Both the position numbers and the translations under genes were made by a program. Shown here one piece after another: positions 30,575 to 43,582 of a DNA stretch of 64,000 nt. A model generated the notes under the pieces. That model was not told where the DNA came from. It was given only the letters and a program-made list of their open reading frames with translations, and searched no databases. Every line of letters begins with the position of its first letter. Positions within the stretch are counted from its first letter, which is position 1. The DNA is from Octopus vulgaris (lineage: Eukaryota): NCBI GenBank assembly GCA_951406725.2, contig OX597827.1:83390001-83454000 (forward strand), written 5' to 3'.

Positions 30575-31421
30575 CAAGGTCTGATCAATAAGTATCCGGA
30601 TTGTTGCCATAGTAACAAAGCTATAGCATAAAAAGTGAAGCCACTTGACACAGATTGACCTTGAAGTCTGCTGTGCACTAAGTTTAACATTCTAGCTCAC
30701 TTCCACTGTTTACAGCTGTGCTTGGAAGGAACCATGACAGAGAAAGTTGAGCAGAGAATCTGCATGAAATTTTGCCAAAAGATTGGAGATGCTGCTCAGA
30801 GGCCTACACAAAGTTTTCAAAAAGTTTTCATTGTACTCAATACACAAAAAGGACATCTTGTACAACTGAAACCCAAATGACCTTTTGGTCAGCTGAAAGC
30901 AGTTTTGGCACAAACTTGGTAGACATGCATCTCGTACCCAAATCTTCAATGATAATGGACTGAACTGAACCATAACTAATCTGCACATTCTCTGATAACT
31001 CACAGATGGTGATTCCACAATTTCTCCTCACAGCTGCAAGCACATCTCTAATGTTTTTCTCAGTTCCATTGGTATTGGGTCTCAGAACGTTCGTCACTAT
31101 CGACATTTTTCAGCCATCTTGAAAACATTTGAACCACTCGTACACTTGTGTGCAGCTCATACACTCCTCTCCATACACTTTCTGCAACTTTGCGTAGGTC
31201 TCTGAGCAGGTATCGCCATGACAACTTTCTCTGTCATGGTCAATGAATGATCACACACTACACACGTTCCTTCCAAGCACTGCTGTGGAAGTGAGTGAAC
31301 GTTAAAACTTAGTGTACATGCACAGCAGAGTGCAAGGTGTATTTGTGCCAAGCAGCTTCACTCTGCATGCTCTAGCTTCATTACTATGGCATCAGTCCGG
31401 ATACTTATTGATCAGACCGTG
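30575..31421. mobile_element. Non-autonomous mariner with very long inverted repeats (two 5' ends head-on)
   Basis: TA|CAAGGTCTGATCAATAAGTATCCGGA...TCCGGATACTTATTGATCAGACCGTG|TA. ATGACAGAGAAAGTTG occurs on + at 30734 and on - at 31237. Transposase N-terminal remnants (ISYGSVQSII.EDLG..KFVPKLL) lie on the minus strand. Confidence 0.9.
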
Positions 31422-31666
31422 TACATATATTTAACATTAAACTGAAGCATTAACACTTTTTAATAGAGTACATATTTATTAACATTTACAAGAAAAAGGC
31501 TGAATGACTTCAAAATTTTGGCTTGCTCACCTTCATCACACGTGTTAAAACTTTTCTTCTTCATCATCCTTCTTATCACTTACATCATATACATAAACAC
31601 ACACACATTTGTTGAAACCCCTTACTATACAGTCTAAAGAAGGCAAGCAACTTTTTCTTTATAAAA

Positions 31667-31705
<39 letters not shown>

Positions 31706-32150
31706 GTCCCAGAAGAATAGAAAGATGGGGTATTTCCAGTGCAGCACTCAACCAAAGCTTGAGGTTATCTACACTACTGAACTGTGGTCTTGAGTAAGAT
31801 TGCAACTCTTCTGGTTTACAAAATCTTGGTATCACATCAGTAAAACCAATGTGTGGGTGTAGCAAAGAGTAAAATATAATCTAAAACACATCTTTAATGA
31901 CCAGTTACAATTGTTTCTGTACCACTCTGTTTTTAATGCCATTTCATGCCAATGTTCAATGTGAGAAGTTACATAATATTTGTTGCTTTAAACACTTGAG
32001 TGGCACTTCATGAAACTTGCATAAAAGGTGTGTTCTTACACTGTGCATCTGTGAAGCTTATATTGGGAGGAAACAAGATGTATAGATAAAAATATAATTA
32101 AGAAATGGCAGAGTTCAACACCCTAACCACTAAGCCACACACCTCCACAT

Positions 32151-32199
<49 letters not shown>

Positions 32200-32204
<5 letters not shown>

Positions 32205-33452
32205 TCATTAAGAATGAAATGTCCGATTTTCGTATGCACCAAGTTTGAAAGTCGTTAACTCTAATATTTTATCCTGACAAATTCTTTGTTTTAGAACATT
32301 GAAGAGTTACATCATCCTTTTCCGAAATGCAAATTCATTGTGTCTGATTATATTGTGAGTTTTCTCTTGTAAATCATTTTTTGTGAACTAATGGACAGAT
32401 AAAATATTCATTTTGTTTATGAATATGAATTCTGTTGTGGAAGCAATGCATCCCAGACAACTCGAAACATCAATGAGGCGTTTGGTGAAGATGTGGCAAA
32501 TGAGCAGACTGTACGTCGATGGTTTGAGAAAGTCCAGTCTGGTGACTTTACTCTTGGGAACCAGCTCCATGGTAGACCTGAAACCAAGGTGGATAATGAC
32601 GAGCTGGAAACTGTAGTGGAACCAGATACATCTCAAACCAGGCGTGAGTTAGCAACAAGGTTTGAGGTTTTGATTCCAACTGTATTGAACCATCTGAAAC
32701 AAATCAGCAAGGTAAAGAAGCTGGACAAGTGGGTACCACATGAATTAAATGAGCATCTTGAAACTTGCTGTTTTTTGCTGACATGGCATAAAAGCAAACC
32801 ATTTTTGCATTGTATTGTTACATGTGATGAAAAATGGATTCTTTTCAACAATAGCAAGCATCCTGCACAGTGGTTGGATAGAGACAAAGTGACAAAACAC
32901 AACCTAAAAAGAATATTCACCAAAAGAACTAATGGTGTCTGTTTGGTGGTCCAGCACTGGTGTCATCCACTACAGCTTCATGAAAACTGGTAAATCAATT
33001 ACAGCAGATGTATACATCAACCAATTGGTTGAAATGATGAGTAAACTTGCAATCAAACAACCAAGACTGGTCAACAGAGACAGGCTAATTCTCTTGCACA
33101 ACATGTTACATTGACCACATGTTACACAAAGAATCCTACTCAAGTTACAGGAACTGAAGTTGAAAGTACTCCATCATCCATCATATTCACCAGACCTTGC
33201 ACCAACTGACTATTATGTTTTCCAGGCATTAGACAACTTTTTGCAAGTAAAAAACTTCAAATCTGAGGATGCAAAAACAGCCATTCATGATTCCATCACC
33301 TCTTGCGCTGCAGAATTCTTCAATGTCAACATAAATAAGCTACTGATAAAATGGCAAAATTGTGTTCACAATTTAGCTGCATTGCTTTTTGATGAGATCA
33401 AGTAAAATAAACTTTCATTTCAAAACCGGACATTTCATTCTTAATGATCTGA
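32200..33452 (+). mobile_element. Full-length mariner (DD34D) transposon, 1253 bp
   Basis: TIR TCAGATCATTAAGAATGAAATGTCCG at both ends with TA on each side; transposase motifs inside. Confidence 0.95.
32391..33405 (+). pseudogene. Mariner transposase pseudogene
   Basis: TVRRWF, KWVPHEL, IVTCDEKW, VSVWW, LLHN, HPSYSPDLAPTDYYVF, split over several frames with stops. Confidence 0.93.
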
Positions 33453-33458
33453 TATGTA

Positions 33459-34250
33459 CAGGGTGCAATGGGTAAATTGTCACCATCTTATATTCTCAAT
33501 TTTGCACATGTGCATTGTTTATTTTTGACTCTCTTGACTACACAGTATAGTAGAGTTAGTTGTGCACCATGACACAATTGATTCTGCTTGGCATTTGTGC
33601 TGGAAGCTCCAATACAAACATTTCAGAGTGATTGGGTGTCAATCTGCGGACATGTACCGAGAGTGATAAAAATCAAACATCCAGTCATCATCAAGGTGTC
33701 TTGAGTGATCACTAGTGATGGTGACATTATGCCTCCATTCATCCTCACAGATGATCTCAGACTCATCATGGAGGCCTACATCAAGTGCCTGGAGGAGGTA
33801 CTGCTGCTCTGGGTCAAGAGGGTAGCTGGCAAGAGGACTCTGCACCATTCCACACATACAACAGAACCCAGTCATGGCTATCGGATAATTTCCGTGACCA
33901 CACCACCCCTAACATCTGGCTACCTAACTCCTCAGACTGCAACTGCCTTGATTATTATGTGTGGGGCTCAGTTGAGAAAGAGACCAACAAAACTCCTTGT
34001 AACACCAAAGCATTCACCAACTGGCAGCATTCACCAACTTAAACAAGGAGACCGCCCAGAAGAGTTGCAGCAGATTCCAAAGTCGTCTGGAGGCTGTGGT
34101 GAAGCCAATGGCGATTTTATTGAATAAATCTACTTTTTAGTATTTCAAGATATTTTAATGTAATTTTGGTAAATATATCTGTTAAAATGAGATGTCAGTG
34201 TTATTTTCATTTTTGCGTAACTTAGACAACAATATATTCACAGCACCCTG
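33459..34250 (+). mobile_element. Internally deleted Tc1/mariner element (DD37D/maT-like)
   Basis: Ends CAGGGTGC...GCACCCTG. Remnants ITSDGDIMPPFI, QEDSAPFH, WLPNSSDCNCLDYYVWG resemble WPPNSPDLNPLDYYVWG. Confidence 0.85.
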
Positions 34251-34297
34251 TGTATGTGTGTATGTGTGTGCATACATATATATATATATATATCTAT

Positions 34298-34460
34298 CAT
34301 CATCATCATTTAGCATCCGCTTTCCATGCTAGCATGGGTTGGATGGTCGGTTTGACTGGGGTCTGGGAAGCCAGGAGGTTGCACCAGGCCCAGTCTGATC
34401 TGGCAATGTTTCTACGGCTGGATGCCCTTCCTAACGCCAACCACTCCGTGAGTGTAGTGT
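34298..34460 (-). mobile_element. Short RTE 3' terminus
   Basis: (CAT)n followed by the conserved RTE 3' end; TA on both sides. Confidence 0.88.
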
Positions 34461-34461
34461 A

Positions 34462-34506
<45 letters not shown>

Positions 34507-34538
34507 CACACCCCTACAAATATACACACACACGTGTG

Positions 34539-34589
<51 letters not shown>

Positions 34590-34654
34590 GCTAGAAAATG
34601 GAATGCATAATATTATTTAAAATCACTACAATCGTCTCAACACATTTTTACACC

Positions 34655-35446
34655 TTGATCATTGATTGTTGCATTAGGTAGTAACAATTCAAAGGGAATT
34701 ACTCCTTTGCAATCCCACCAGATGGAGAGAAGAACCTTTTTCCCATGAAGTTCCCTTCTCGGTTGTGGTTGAGCTTTTTACCTTTTACCAAGCCACTGTT
34801 TACAATGTTTAACATTTCAATAGAAGATCCATTTTTTGTCACCAGTCACAAGTCTATCCAAAAAGGGTGAAATGAGTTTGCGAGAATGGAGAGAAGAGCC
34901 GATGTCAACTCAGGATTTGCGGTTGCTTTCGGACAATTCATGAGGCACCCACTTTTCAAGTTGTTGAAGATGATGATGAACAGTTGTATGGTTTGAACTA
35001 AGCTTTTATTGCCAATTCTTCAACTGATAATGCAGGATATTCTTAAAGTAATGCCTCAAGGAGCTTATCATCAAACTCAACTGGATGTCCTGTTCGATCT
35101 TCATCTTCAAGGCTGAAATCTCCACTTCTGAATTTTGGAAACCATCTTCTGCAAGTTCTTTCCCATAAACTGAGTGCATGTTTCGAGTCACTTTGGCTGC
35201 AGTTTCCTTTTTTGTACTCATAAAGCATTATGTGCCTTAAATGCTCTTTGGATACTTCCATGTTAGAAAGAGTTTTAATCAAAGAAATTTTAATTCTATT
35301 ATTCTGTAAAATAATATTTAATTAGTTCAAATGTACACAAATGCTTAAGGATAATTTTTAATTCCATTAGACATTCTGAAATATTATTAAATTTCATTCA
35401 ATTTTTAAAAAAGGTAAAATCATACAGAACTTATGGGATGACCTGA
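34655..35446 (-). mobile_element. 3'-truncated mariner element
   Basis: One TIR (TCAGGTCATCCCATAAGTTCTG) next to TA. MEVSKEHLRHIMLYEYKKG, RTCRRWF.KFRSGDFSLED, FLDRLVTGDKKWI. Confidence 0.88.
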
Positions 35447-35468
35447 TATATATATATATATATATATA

Positions 35469-35598
35469 CAGTGTAGTCTCCTGGTATTCATGAGGGTTAC
35501 ATTCCTAGAGCACCTGCAAATAGTGAAAAACCACGAATATTGGACGTTGTCCATAAAAATGCCTATAAATGTCAAAATATAACGTAAAATATTATATA
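35469..35598 (-). mobile_element. Probable 3' terminus of the pogo/Tigger element
   Basis: TA|CAGTGTAGTCTCCTGGTATTCATGAGGGTTACATTCC resembles Tigger-type TIRs and lies downstream of the Tigger ORF once nested insertions are removed. Confidence 0.6.
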
Positions 35599-35985
35599 CT
35601 AGCAGTATCCCCAGGCGTTGCTCGGGTTTGTTTTGACCCTTTACAATTGGAATTTTTGAAAAGTAAAAACTTTGCATTATGTAGCTTGTTATTCTCTTTA
35701 AGTGAACATTTTTCTGACTGAAATACACCAAAAAATGACGACACAGCAGTCAAAAAATCGTTAAAAATAGGGATTTTCATAGAAAAAAAGCACCTTTTTG
35801 ATGTAAATAATTTTTGGTGTTAACATGGTCCGATTTGAATTTTTTCTTCTATGGAAGGAAGAGTAAGCCTTTTTCTATCATATTCTCAATTTTGGTCAAC
35901 TTGCACTGCAGGGTCTCGGAGGAGATAGTGTTAGTTGAAAGCTGCCAAACCTGCCATACACAGACAACTTCAGCTTTATATATAT
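35599..35985 (-). mobile_element. Non-autonomous Helitron, second family
   Basis: The 3' end CCCGAGCAACGCCTGGGGATACTGCTAG matches the 28148 family but the body differs. The 5' TATATATAAAGCTGAAGTTGTCTG is interrupted by an RTE tail. Confidence 0.8.
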
Positions 35986-38368
35986 CATCATCATCATTTA
36001 ATGTCCGCTAGCATGGGCTGGACGATTTGACAGAGGTCTGGCGAACCAGACTCCAATCTGATCTGGCAGAGTTTCTACAGCTGGATGCCCTTCCTAACAC
36101 CAACCACTCCGAGAGTGTAGTGAGTGCTGTTATGTTCCACCGGTACGAGGGCCGGTTTGGTGGTACTGGCAACGGCCACGCTCAAATGGTGCTTTTTATG
36201 TGCCACCTGCACAGGAGCCAGTCCAGCGGCACTGGCAACGATCTCACTCGAATGTTCTTTTCATGTGCCACCAGCACAAGTGCCAGTAAGGCAACACAGG
36301 TGACAACCACACTCGAATGGTGTTTTTAACTTGCCATCGGCACGAAGGCCAGCTTGTTGCTCTAGCAATGATCTCACTCATATGGTACTCTTAGTGCCCA
36401 ACTAGCAACGGATGCCAGTTACCGAGTTTGATTTCGACTTCGATTTCACTTGCCTCAACTGGTCTTCGCAAGCAGAGTTTAGTGTCCAATGAAGAAAAGG
36501 CACGCATAAGTGGACTGGTTACCCCCTAGCATAAGCCACAAGGTTATGGTCACACTTGCGCTTGCCGAGTCTTCTGCAGCACAGCATATTTCCAGAGGTC
36601 CCGGTCACTAGTCATTGCCTTGGTGAGGCCCAATGTTTTAAGATCATGCTTCACCACTTCATCCCAGGTCTTCCTGGGTCTACCTCTTCCACGGGTTCCC
36701 TCAACTGCTAGGGTGTGGAACTTTTTCACACAGCTATCCTCATCCATTCTCACCACATGACCATACCAGCGCAAACGTCTCTCTTGCACACCACATCTGA
36801 TGCTTCTTAGGTCCAACTTTTCTCTCAGAGTACTAACACTCAGTCAAGTATGCACACTGGCATTACACAACCATCGGAGCATGCTGGCTTCATTCCTTGC
36901 GAGCTTACGCATATCCTCAGCAGTCAAAGCCCATGTTTCACTGCCATGTAGCATGGTTGTTTGTACACATGCGTCATACAGTCTACCTTTTACTCTGAAC
37001 GAGAGACCCTTCACCAGCAGAGGTAAGAGCTCTCTGAACTTTGCCCAGGCTATTCTTATTCTAGCAGTTACACTTTCAGTGCACCCTCCTCTGCTACTGA
37101 TTTGATCACCTAGGTAACGGAAGCTATCAACTACTTCTAGTTATTTCTCCCTGGAATGCGGCGGAAGTTGTTCTCTGCACATTTTCAGTGTTATATATAG
37201 CTCCCGAGCATCTGCCACATACAAAAACTATCTTCCCAGTTAGCCTTCCTTTGATATTGCTGCACCTCTTATGTATCCATAGCTTACACTGGGTACATCT
37301 TATAGAGTTTCTACCTACACCTTTTCTACAGAGCGAGCAGGGCCATCTACCTGAAGGGATTTGTGGTTTGCCTGCCTTCCTACATATTAGGACTTTGGTT
37401 TTAGCTAGGTTGATTCTAAGGCCCTTAGATTCTAATCCTTCTTTCCCCACTTGAAACTTCTCCTCCAGTTCTGATAGTGATTCAGCAATTAGAGCAAGGT
37501 CATCAGCATAGAGGAGCTCTCTGGGGCATCCTGTCTTGAATTCCTCCGTAATTGCCTGGAGGACTATGATAAATAAAAGGGGTCTGAGGACTGAACCTTG
37601 GTGGACCCCTACCTGTACCCTGAACTCTTCACTGTACTCGTTACCAACCCTCACCTTACTTACAGCGTCCCTGTACATGGCTTGCACGGCTCTCACTAAC
37701 CATTTATCTATCCCTAGTTTCCTCATTGACCACCAGATAAGGTACATGGGGCTTATCTTTGGCTAGGTATTTCTCCTGCAACTGTCTAACCAGAAATATA
37801 GCATCAGTGGTGCTTTTCCCTGGCACAACCAAACTGCATCTCATCTAAACTGACTCTCTCTCTAATTAGTTGGGCTATGACCCTCTCAGTGATCTTCATT
37901 ACCTAATCCAACAGCTTGATACCTCTGTAATTATTTGTATCTAAAGCATCACCTTTTCCTTTGTAGCAGTTGACTATAGTGCTGCTACACAAGTCATTGG
38001 GTATGACTCCTTTGTGTATCACCTGGTTAACTATACGGATAACTAGGCTATAGGCAACGCTGCCAGATATTTTGAGCATCTCTGCAGTAATTCCTGATGG
38101 GCCGGGGGCTTTCCCTGTCTTCATACCTCTAATTGCCTTATCTACCAAGGTACTGTCAACTCAGATAGCTGGTCCCTCTGCTGGGTTGACATTCGGTAGA
38201 TTCTCTTTCTCCCATTCATTTTCTTTATTCAGCAACCTTTCATAGTGGCGTCTCCAAACCTCTCTCTTTGCAGCCCCATTTAGTGCAAGAGAACCATCAT
38301 CCATGCGGACACATTTCTCTCCTACAACACGATTCTCACACACTGTCTTGTTACACGAAATACCTCAA
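35986..38368 (-). mobile_element. 5'-truncated RTE LINE with RT, PHD finger, 3' UTR and (GAT)n tail
   Basis: ORF pieces KAPGPSGI, NYRGIKLLD, GVHQGS, LLYADDL, the PHD motif at 37208-37339, and RRLRWYGHV. Confidence 0.95.
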
Positions 38369-40260
38369 ATATTTAATAATAAATAAAAATTCAAGTAAAA
38401 TGTACTGTTACTCACCAATAATGAATGATATTAAAATGATGATGAAATTAATGAAGGTGATGACTGCACAGCAAAGAAGATTTAAATCTCTTCAGGTGTT
38501 TTAGATGTCGTACCTTCATGCAAGACTGTCTTGGTGGCCTTGAGGAACATTCTGATGGGAAGTTGCTGTCGTCATTTCTTCATGGTGATGAGGAGAGTTT
38601 TATATGTCTGCATGGCAACATTGATGTCATTTTTAAATTGGAGAGACCAAACTATATAGGGATCCCATGCTTCCACCTTCCCTTGCAATTCCTTTGCTGG
38701 CCTTAAAAGGTTGGATAGACGTTTGATTACCAGGCCCACCTCCTCTTCCTCTGAATCTGGCGCTTCTTCTTCCTCTTAGTTGGAAGATTTCATTAACTCC
38801 AACAAACCTTCATCTGTCAGGGTTTCAGAGTGGGCATCAATGAGATTGTTGACCTTATCTTGCGTGATGTCATCAAAACCTTCACCACCAAGTACTTTTA
38901 CCAGTTTCACCACATTGTTGACAACCTCATGCTGAGTATCTTCGGGTGAGAAGCCCCTGTAGCCCTGAACACACTCTGGCCACACCTTTGAACAGCATGT
39001 GATGAAGGTTTCTATTTTCATGTCTTTAAGAGCAGCGTGGATGACTGACCGTGAAATTATGCCAGTACTCCTTTAGCTTGAAATTCTTGTCCAAATCCAT
39101 TGGATGAGAGTTTGAAATGTAAGTGCCTTGAAGGCACGGATCAAACCTTGATCCATAGGCTGGATGAGGGAGGGGGTGTTGGCATGGAGGAACACGACTT
39201 GAACTCCCACGTGATTCAAATCCAAAGAATGTCCACCAGCATTATCCATAACAAGTAACACCTTGAATTCTATGTAAACATTTTGGAGGTAATCCTTGGC
39301 TTGAGTGTTCAAGCATTGGTGGAACCAATTCAATGGTAGACTTTTGGTAATCCAGGCCTTGGGGTTGTGCATCCAGTGGACAGGCTGCAGATATTTATTC
39401 TTATTTTTGAAGGCCCTTGGATTTGTGAACTTGTAATTAGCATCACTCTGTCCTTCTGTGCCTTAAATGCTGGGGCTCTGGCTTCATCCTTCATGATGTA
39501 CGTTCTGGAAAGCATCTGCTTCCAAAACAAGCCATTCTTGTCCATATTGAAAACCGGTTCTGGCTTGTATCCCTAATCTTCGATGATCTGCCTGAAGGTC
39601 TCAAGGTAATTCTCAACAGCTTTTTTGTCAGCTGATGTTGTCTCTCCATACAGAGAAACACACTTTATTTTAAACCATTCCTGGAAACAGTGAAACCATC
39701 CTTTGCTGGTTTGAAAATCTTCAAGCTCTGATGCTGTCAATGATCTTGGATGTGGTTCTTTGGTACTTTCTACTCCATCTCTTCTGTTGAACTGTTGGTT
39801 ATAATTTCTGTGCTTTCTCGTGGACAATGTTACCACTCAAGGGGATGTTTTTCTTCTTGCAGTCACTGATCTACAATGCTAAGGCAGATTCCATTCTGAT
39901 GAAGTGCTTATTTCTCCCTATCATTATCTTTTTGGCACTTTCACAGAAAGTTACTGCTATGACAGTCCTGATTGCCACCTCATTCTTCTTTATGTAGCAT
40001 GTGATCCTAGTTGTAACTTCTCTTGGAGCATCATAACCTTTTTCTGGCACTTAGGTTCACTGCCAGAAACCTTAGAAGGTGTAGGACATTTGGGCAGCAT
40101 CTTAGGGCTTTAATAACATGCTTCGAAAAACACAGCACTCAACAAAATATTGGAGAGAGCTACTGGACGCAGTTTTTAAAAAAAAAAACCTACAAAAAAA
40201 TTCTCATTGCGTCTAATATGCGCATACCCCAATGGGAGATTGAGCATAGATTAAAAATAA
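38369..40260 (-). mobile_element. Degenerate pogo/Tigger DNA transposon (DDE transposase pseudogene, ATG at ~40100)
   Basis: FQTSKGWF, MDKNGLFWK, AFKAQKDRV, NPKAWIT, VLLVMDNAGGH, NTPSLIQPMDQGLIRAFKA. The far TIR was not recognised. Confidence 0.9.
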
Positions 40261-40599
40261 TCATGGTTTTGAAAAATTTAGTTTGTATCATCACTAGATA
40301 CAGTAATCTATACTATAATAATAAGAGAAAGAGTAGGAGACCAGCAAGTAATCTAATTTCAATGAGGCTATATTGGCTCACAACCTTAAAAATTAGCCTG
40401 TTGAAATAAGCATTGTGTATGTGATGATTTAAAAAGCACTGGTAGTCACTATACTAATTAGCAAGCTATGGCTGAAACAGGAAGAGATACAAGACAGTGT
40501 ATTTGTATCTAAAAAACAATCAAGAAACGTGATGCACAACTATTCTAATCAGAGGGACCTTCAGCTGCAAAGGTCTCTCTCTCTCTTTCTCCTCTTCTT

Positions 40600-40954
40600 T
40601 TTCCAACAGGGGCACCATATATCTCCTCTACAGCAAGACACCTGTTTTTGTCCCTCCACCATACTCTAACCTCTCATCACATGGCACAAAGACACCTCCC
40701 TCAATACCACTCCCCTTCAGTTGAAGAGTATTTACCTTGAAAGTTATCTAGTGACGTTGCCAGTGCTGGTGCCACATAAAAAAGCACTCAGTACACTCTG
40801 TAAAGTAGTTGGCATTGGGAAGGGCATCAAGCTGTGGAAACCATACCAAAGAAGGCAGTAGAGCTTGGTGCAGTCCTGTTTGTTGGCTCCTGTCAAACCA
40901 TCCAACCCATGCCAGCAAAGATAGCTGGCATTAGATGATGATGATGATGATGAT
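40600..40954 (+). mobile_element. Old RTE-related 3' fragment
   Basis: ggtgccacataaaaaagcac...ggcattgggaagggcatc...ccaacccatgccagca...(GAT)n. Confidence 0.7.
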
Positions 40955-40983
40955 TATATATATATATATATTTATTTATTTAT

Positions 40984-41628
40984 GGGAGCTTTCTTGAGGT
41001 GGTAGATAGTTTCAATTACCTAGGTGACCAACTTGGCAGTAGCAGAGAATGTTATGAAACTATAGTCACTAGAATATGAATAAGATGGGAAATGATCAGA
41101 GAGCTGTTGCTTCTGTTAACAACAACAAAAGTCCTCTCTCTCAGAGTGAAAAGCAGATTGTATGATACTTGTATAACATCAGTGTGCATGTATGACAAAG
41201 TGCAAATTCATTGAGAGAAAAGTTAGGCATAAGAGGATTCAGATGTACCATGCAAAAGAGAAGACTGCAATTGTTTGGTCATGTGATGCATATTGATGAT
41301 AACAGCAGAACAAAGAAGTACTGATTACTGAAAATGGATGAAACTTGTGGAAGGAGGAGACCCAGAATGACAAAGAACTGGGATGAATTAGTGGGGTCTG
41401 ATCTGAAGATGTTAAGCCTCAAGGAGATGACAATGGTCTGAGATGTCTAGCAATAGCATGGTGACTTCGACAGTGCTAATAGTGTGCAAAAAACACCCAG
41501 CTGTAGAAACAACACCAAAATAGAGATTGGAGCATGATACAGTCCTTGGACACATCAGATCCTGTCAAACTGTCCAACCTGTGTCAGCATGGATGTTAAG
41601 TGGTGATAATCATGATGATGATGATGAT
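40984..41628 (+). mobile_element. Old RTE LINE 3' fragment
   Basis: LEVVDSFNYLGD, LRVKSRLYDTC, FGHVM, GRRRPR; (GAT)n tail. Confidence 0.8.
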
Positions 41629-41629
41629 A

Positions 41630-42930
41630 ATGTAATATCAGTCATTGATAAAATGAACTTAAATTAACCCACTGGCCTTGATGGGTTCCCAGCAATCCTC
41701 CTGCAAAAAATTGAAAACTAGCCCGAGCAAGATCACTTCAGATGCTCTTCCATAGCTTTCTTGCAAGTAGTAAACTTCCCAGAGAGTTAAAGGAAGGCAC
41801 AATATGCCCTATTAATAAAGGAAACAGAGCAAATGCTAAAAGTTATAGACCCACCTTTCTCCAACCCCACAGAATAGTTCAAAAACTGTGGTTACATGAC
41901 TTTTTGAAAGACAGAAGCCAAGCTGTTGCAGCCAATGGAACCCTCTCCAAGGAGACATTAATAGCAAATGGAGTACTTCTGGAAACTGTCAAAGGCTGCT
42001 GCTGTTTGTTGTGGCTCTCTTGGACGTGCCATCAGTTACACAGACAGTCACACTTATTGGTTACACAAACAATACAAAAGAAGCATAAGCCGTCAAGAAT
42101 CCTCTCAATGCTAATTTTCTATAGAAAGATCTAGATGCCTCACATAAAGAGGCTGCAGAAAACAATGTGCAATTTAACACAAGAAAATTTCAAGACCACT
42201 GCTGCCAACCACCTTGTGCAAATATGACACAACAAAGATACTTTGAACAAAAAGGGGCAGCAATCCCAGAGTCAACACAGTGCACAACCTGGGGAGTGAT
42301 ATGAGCAACAATGCCTATTTCATATGCATATCACCAAGATGGTAACAATGTGCAGGTGAATTCTTAGAACTTTCAGAACAAAGGACAAGGAAATCATACT
42401 GGTCCTATGGCAGAAATTTGTTCTCAGTCAAAGGGACGACTGCTCTCCACCACATAATATCAATTTAATAGTGGAACTTAAGATAGTTCAGTAATGCTAC
42501 ACTAAGAAGAATGCATCAATGATACATTTAAGCTATTAGGAAAGCAAGAAAGAATTATGACTCTAGTCTCCAGAGCAAAGACAAGAGAGATATGCAATGA
42601 CAAATGGAAAACCCAAGAGGGATTGGCACCAGCACAAGCCCCAGAACAGGACACCACTGCACAGTCCCAAAACTCTCACACATCCTAACTAGAGTGATGA
42701 CCAGGTACTGCAATAGCTTCAGACTCAAAGACCCACAGTTATTTTATATCTTACATAAAGACCTGAGATATCTACAAGGAGTGGTTGTCATATGTTTTTT
42801 CAAAATCACCTTGATTTTCTGCTGTCCAAGATGCCAGATGAACCAATATCACAAGAAACTCAAATAAGGGCGGCAATTTCAAATTCCCTTATTTGCAAAG
42901 TACCTCAGAAAGTACCTGGCCTTTAGGCAG
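41630..42930 (+). mobile_element. Highly degenerate relative of CR1-group family A
   Basis: [54 protein letters not shown]; many deletions. Confidence 0.85.
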
Positions 42931-42948
42931 AGACATATAAAAGCATAC

Positions 42949-42950
<2 letters not shown>

Positions 42951-43023
<73 letters not shown>

Positions 43024-43085
43024 TATATACATATATATATACATATATATACATACACACACACACACACACACACACATACATA
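42951..43085. repeat. (TA)n-(CA)n microsatellite
   Basis: Direct reading. Confidence 0.95.
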
Positions 43086-43455
43086 GGATGGCACTCCATC
43101 AGTTATGACGACAAGTGTTCCAGTTGATCCGATCAATGGAACAGCCTGCTCGTGAAATTAACATGCAAATGGCTGAGCACTCCATAGACCCGTGTACCCT
43201 TAATGTAGTTCTCAGGGAGATTCAGCATGATACAGAGTGTGACAAGGCTGGCCCTTTGAAATACAGGTGCAACAGAAACAGGAAGAAAGAGAGAAAGTTG
43301 TGGTGAAAGAGTACAGCAGGGTTCACCACCACCCCCTGCCGGAGCCTCATGCAGCTTTAGGTGTTTTCGCTCAATAAACACTCACAACGCCCGGTCTGGT
43401 AATCGAAACCGCAATCGTACAACCGCGAGTCCGCTGCCTTAACCACTGGGCCATG
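43086..43455 (-). mobile_element. tRNA-derived SINE type 3
   Basis: Minus-strand head ATGGCCCAGTGGTTAAGGCAGCGGAC...GGTTTCGATTACC (A and B boxes), ~370 bp, 3' end against a CA/TA tract. Confidence 0.82.
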
Positions 43456-43575
43456 TCTTCCTGGGTCTACCTCTTCTCCAGGTTCCCACCACAATTAGAG
43501 ATCAGCACTTCTTTATGCAGCTGTCCTCATCAATAGACATTACATTACCATACCAGCTCAGTCTGCACTCTTGCA
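43456..43575 (-). mobile_element. Small RTE ORF C-terminal fragment
   Basis: The minus strand encodes LSWYGNV...GTWRRGRPRK. Confidence 0.7.
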
Positions 43576-43582
43576 TATATAT

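Noticed and set aside
32391-33405. Domesticated SETMAR-like or Tigger-derived host gene (also 38500-40100)
   Set aside because: Multiple stops and frameshifts, with TIR or transposon context retained; these are decayed transposons.
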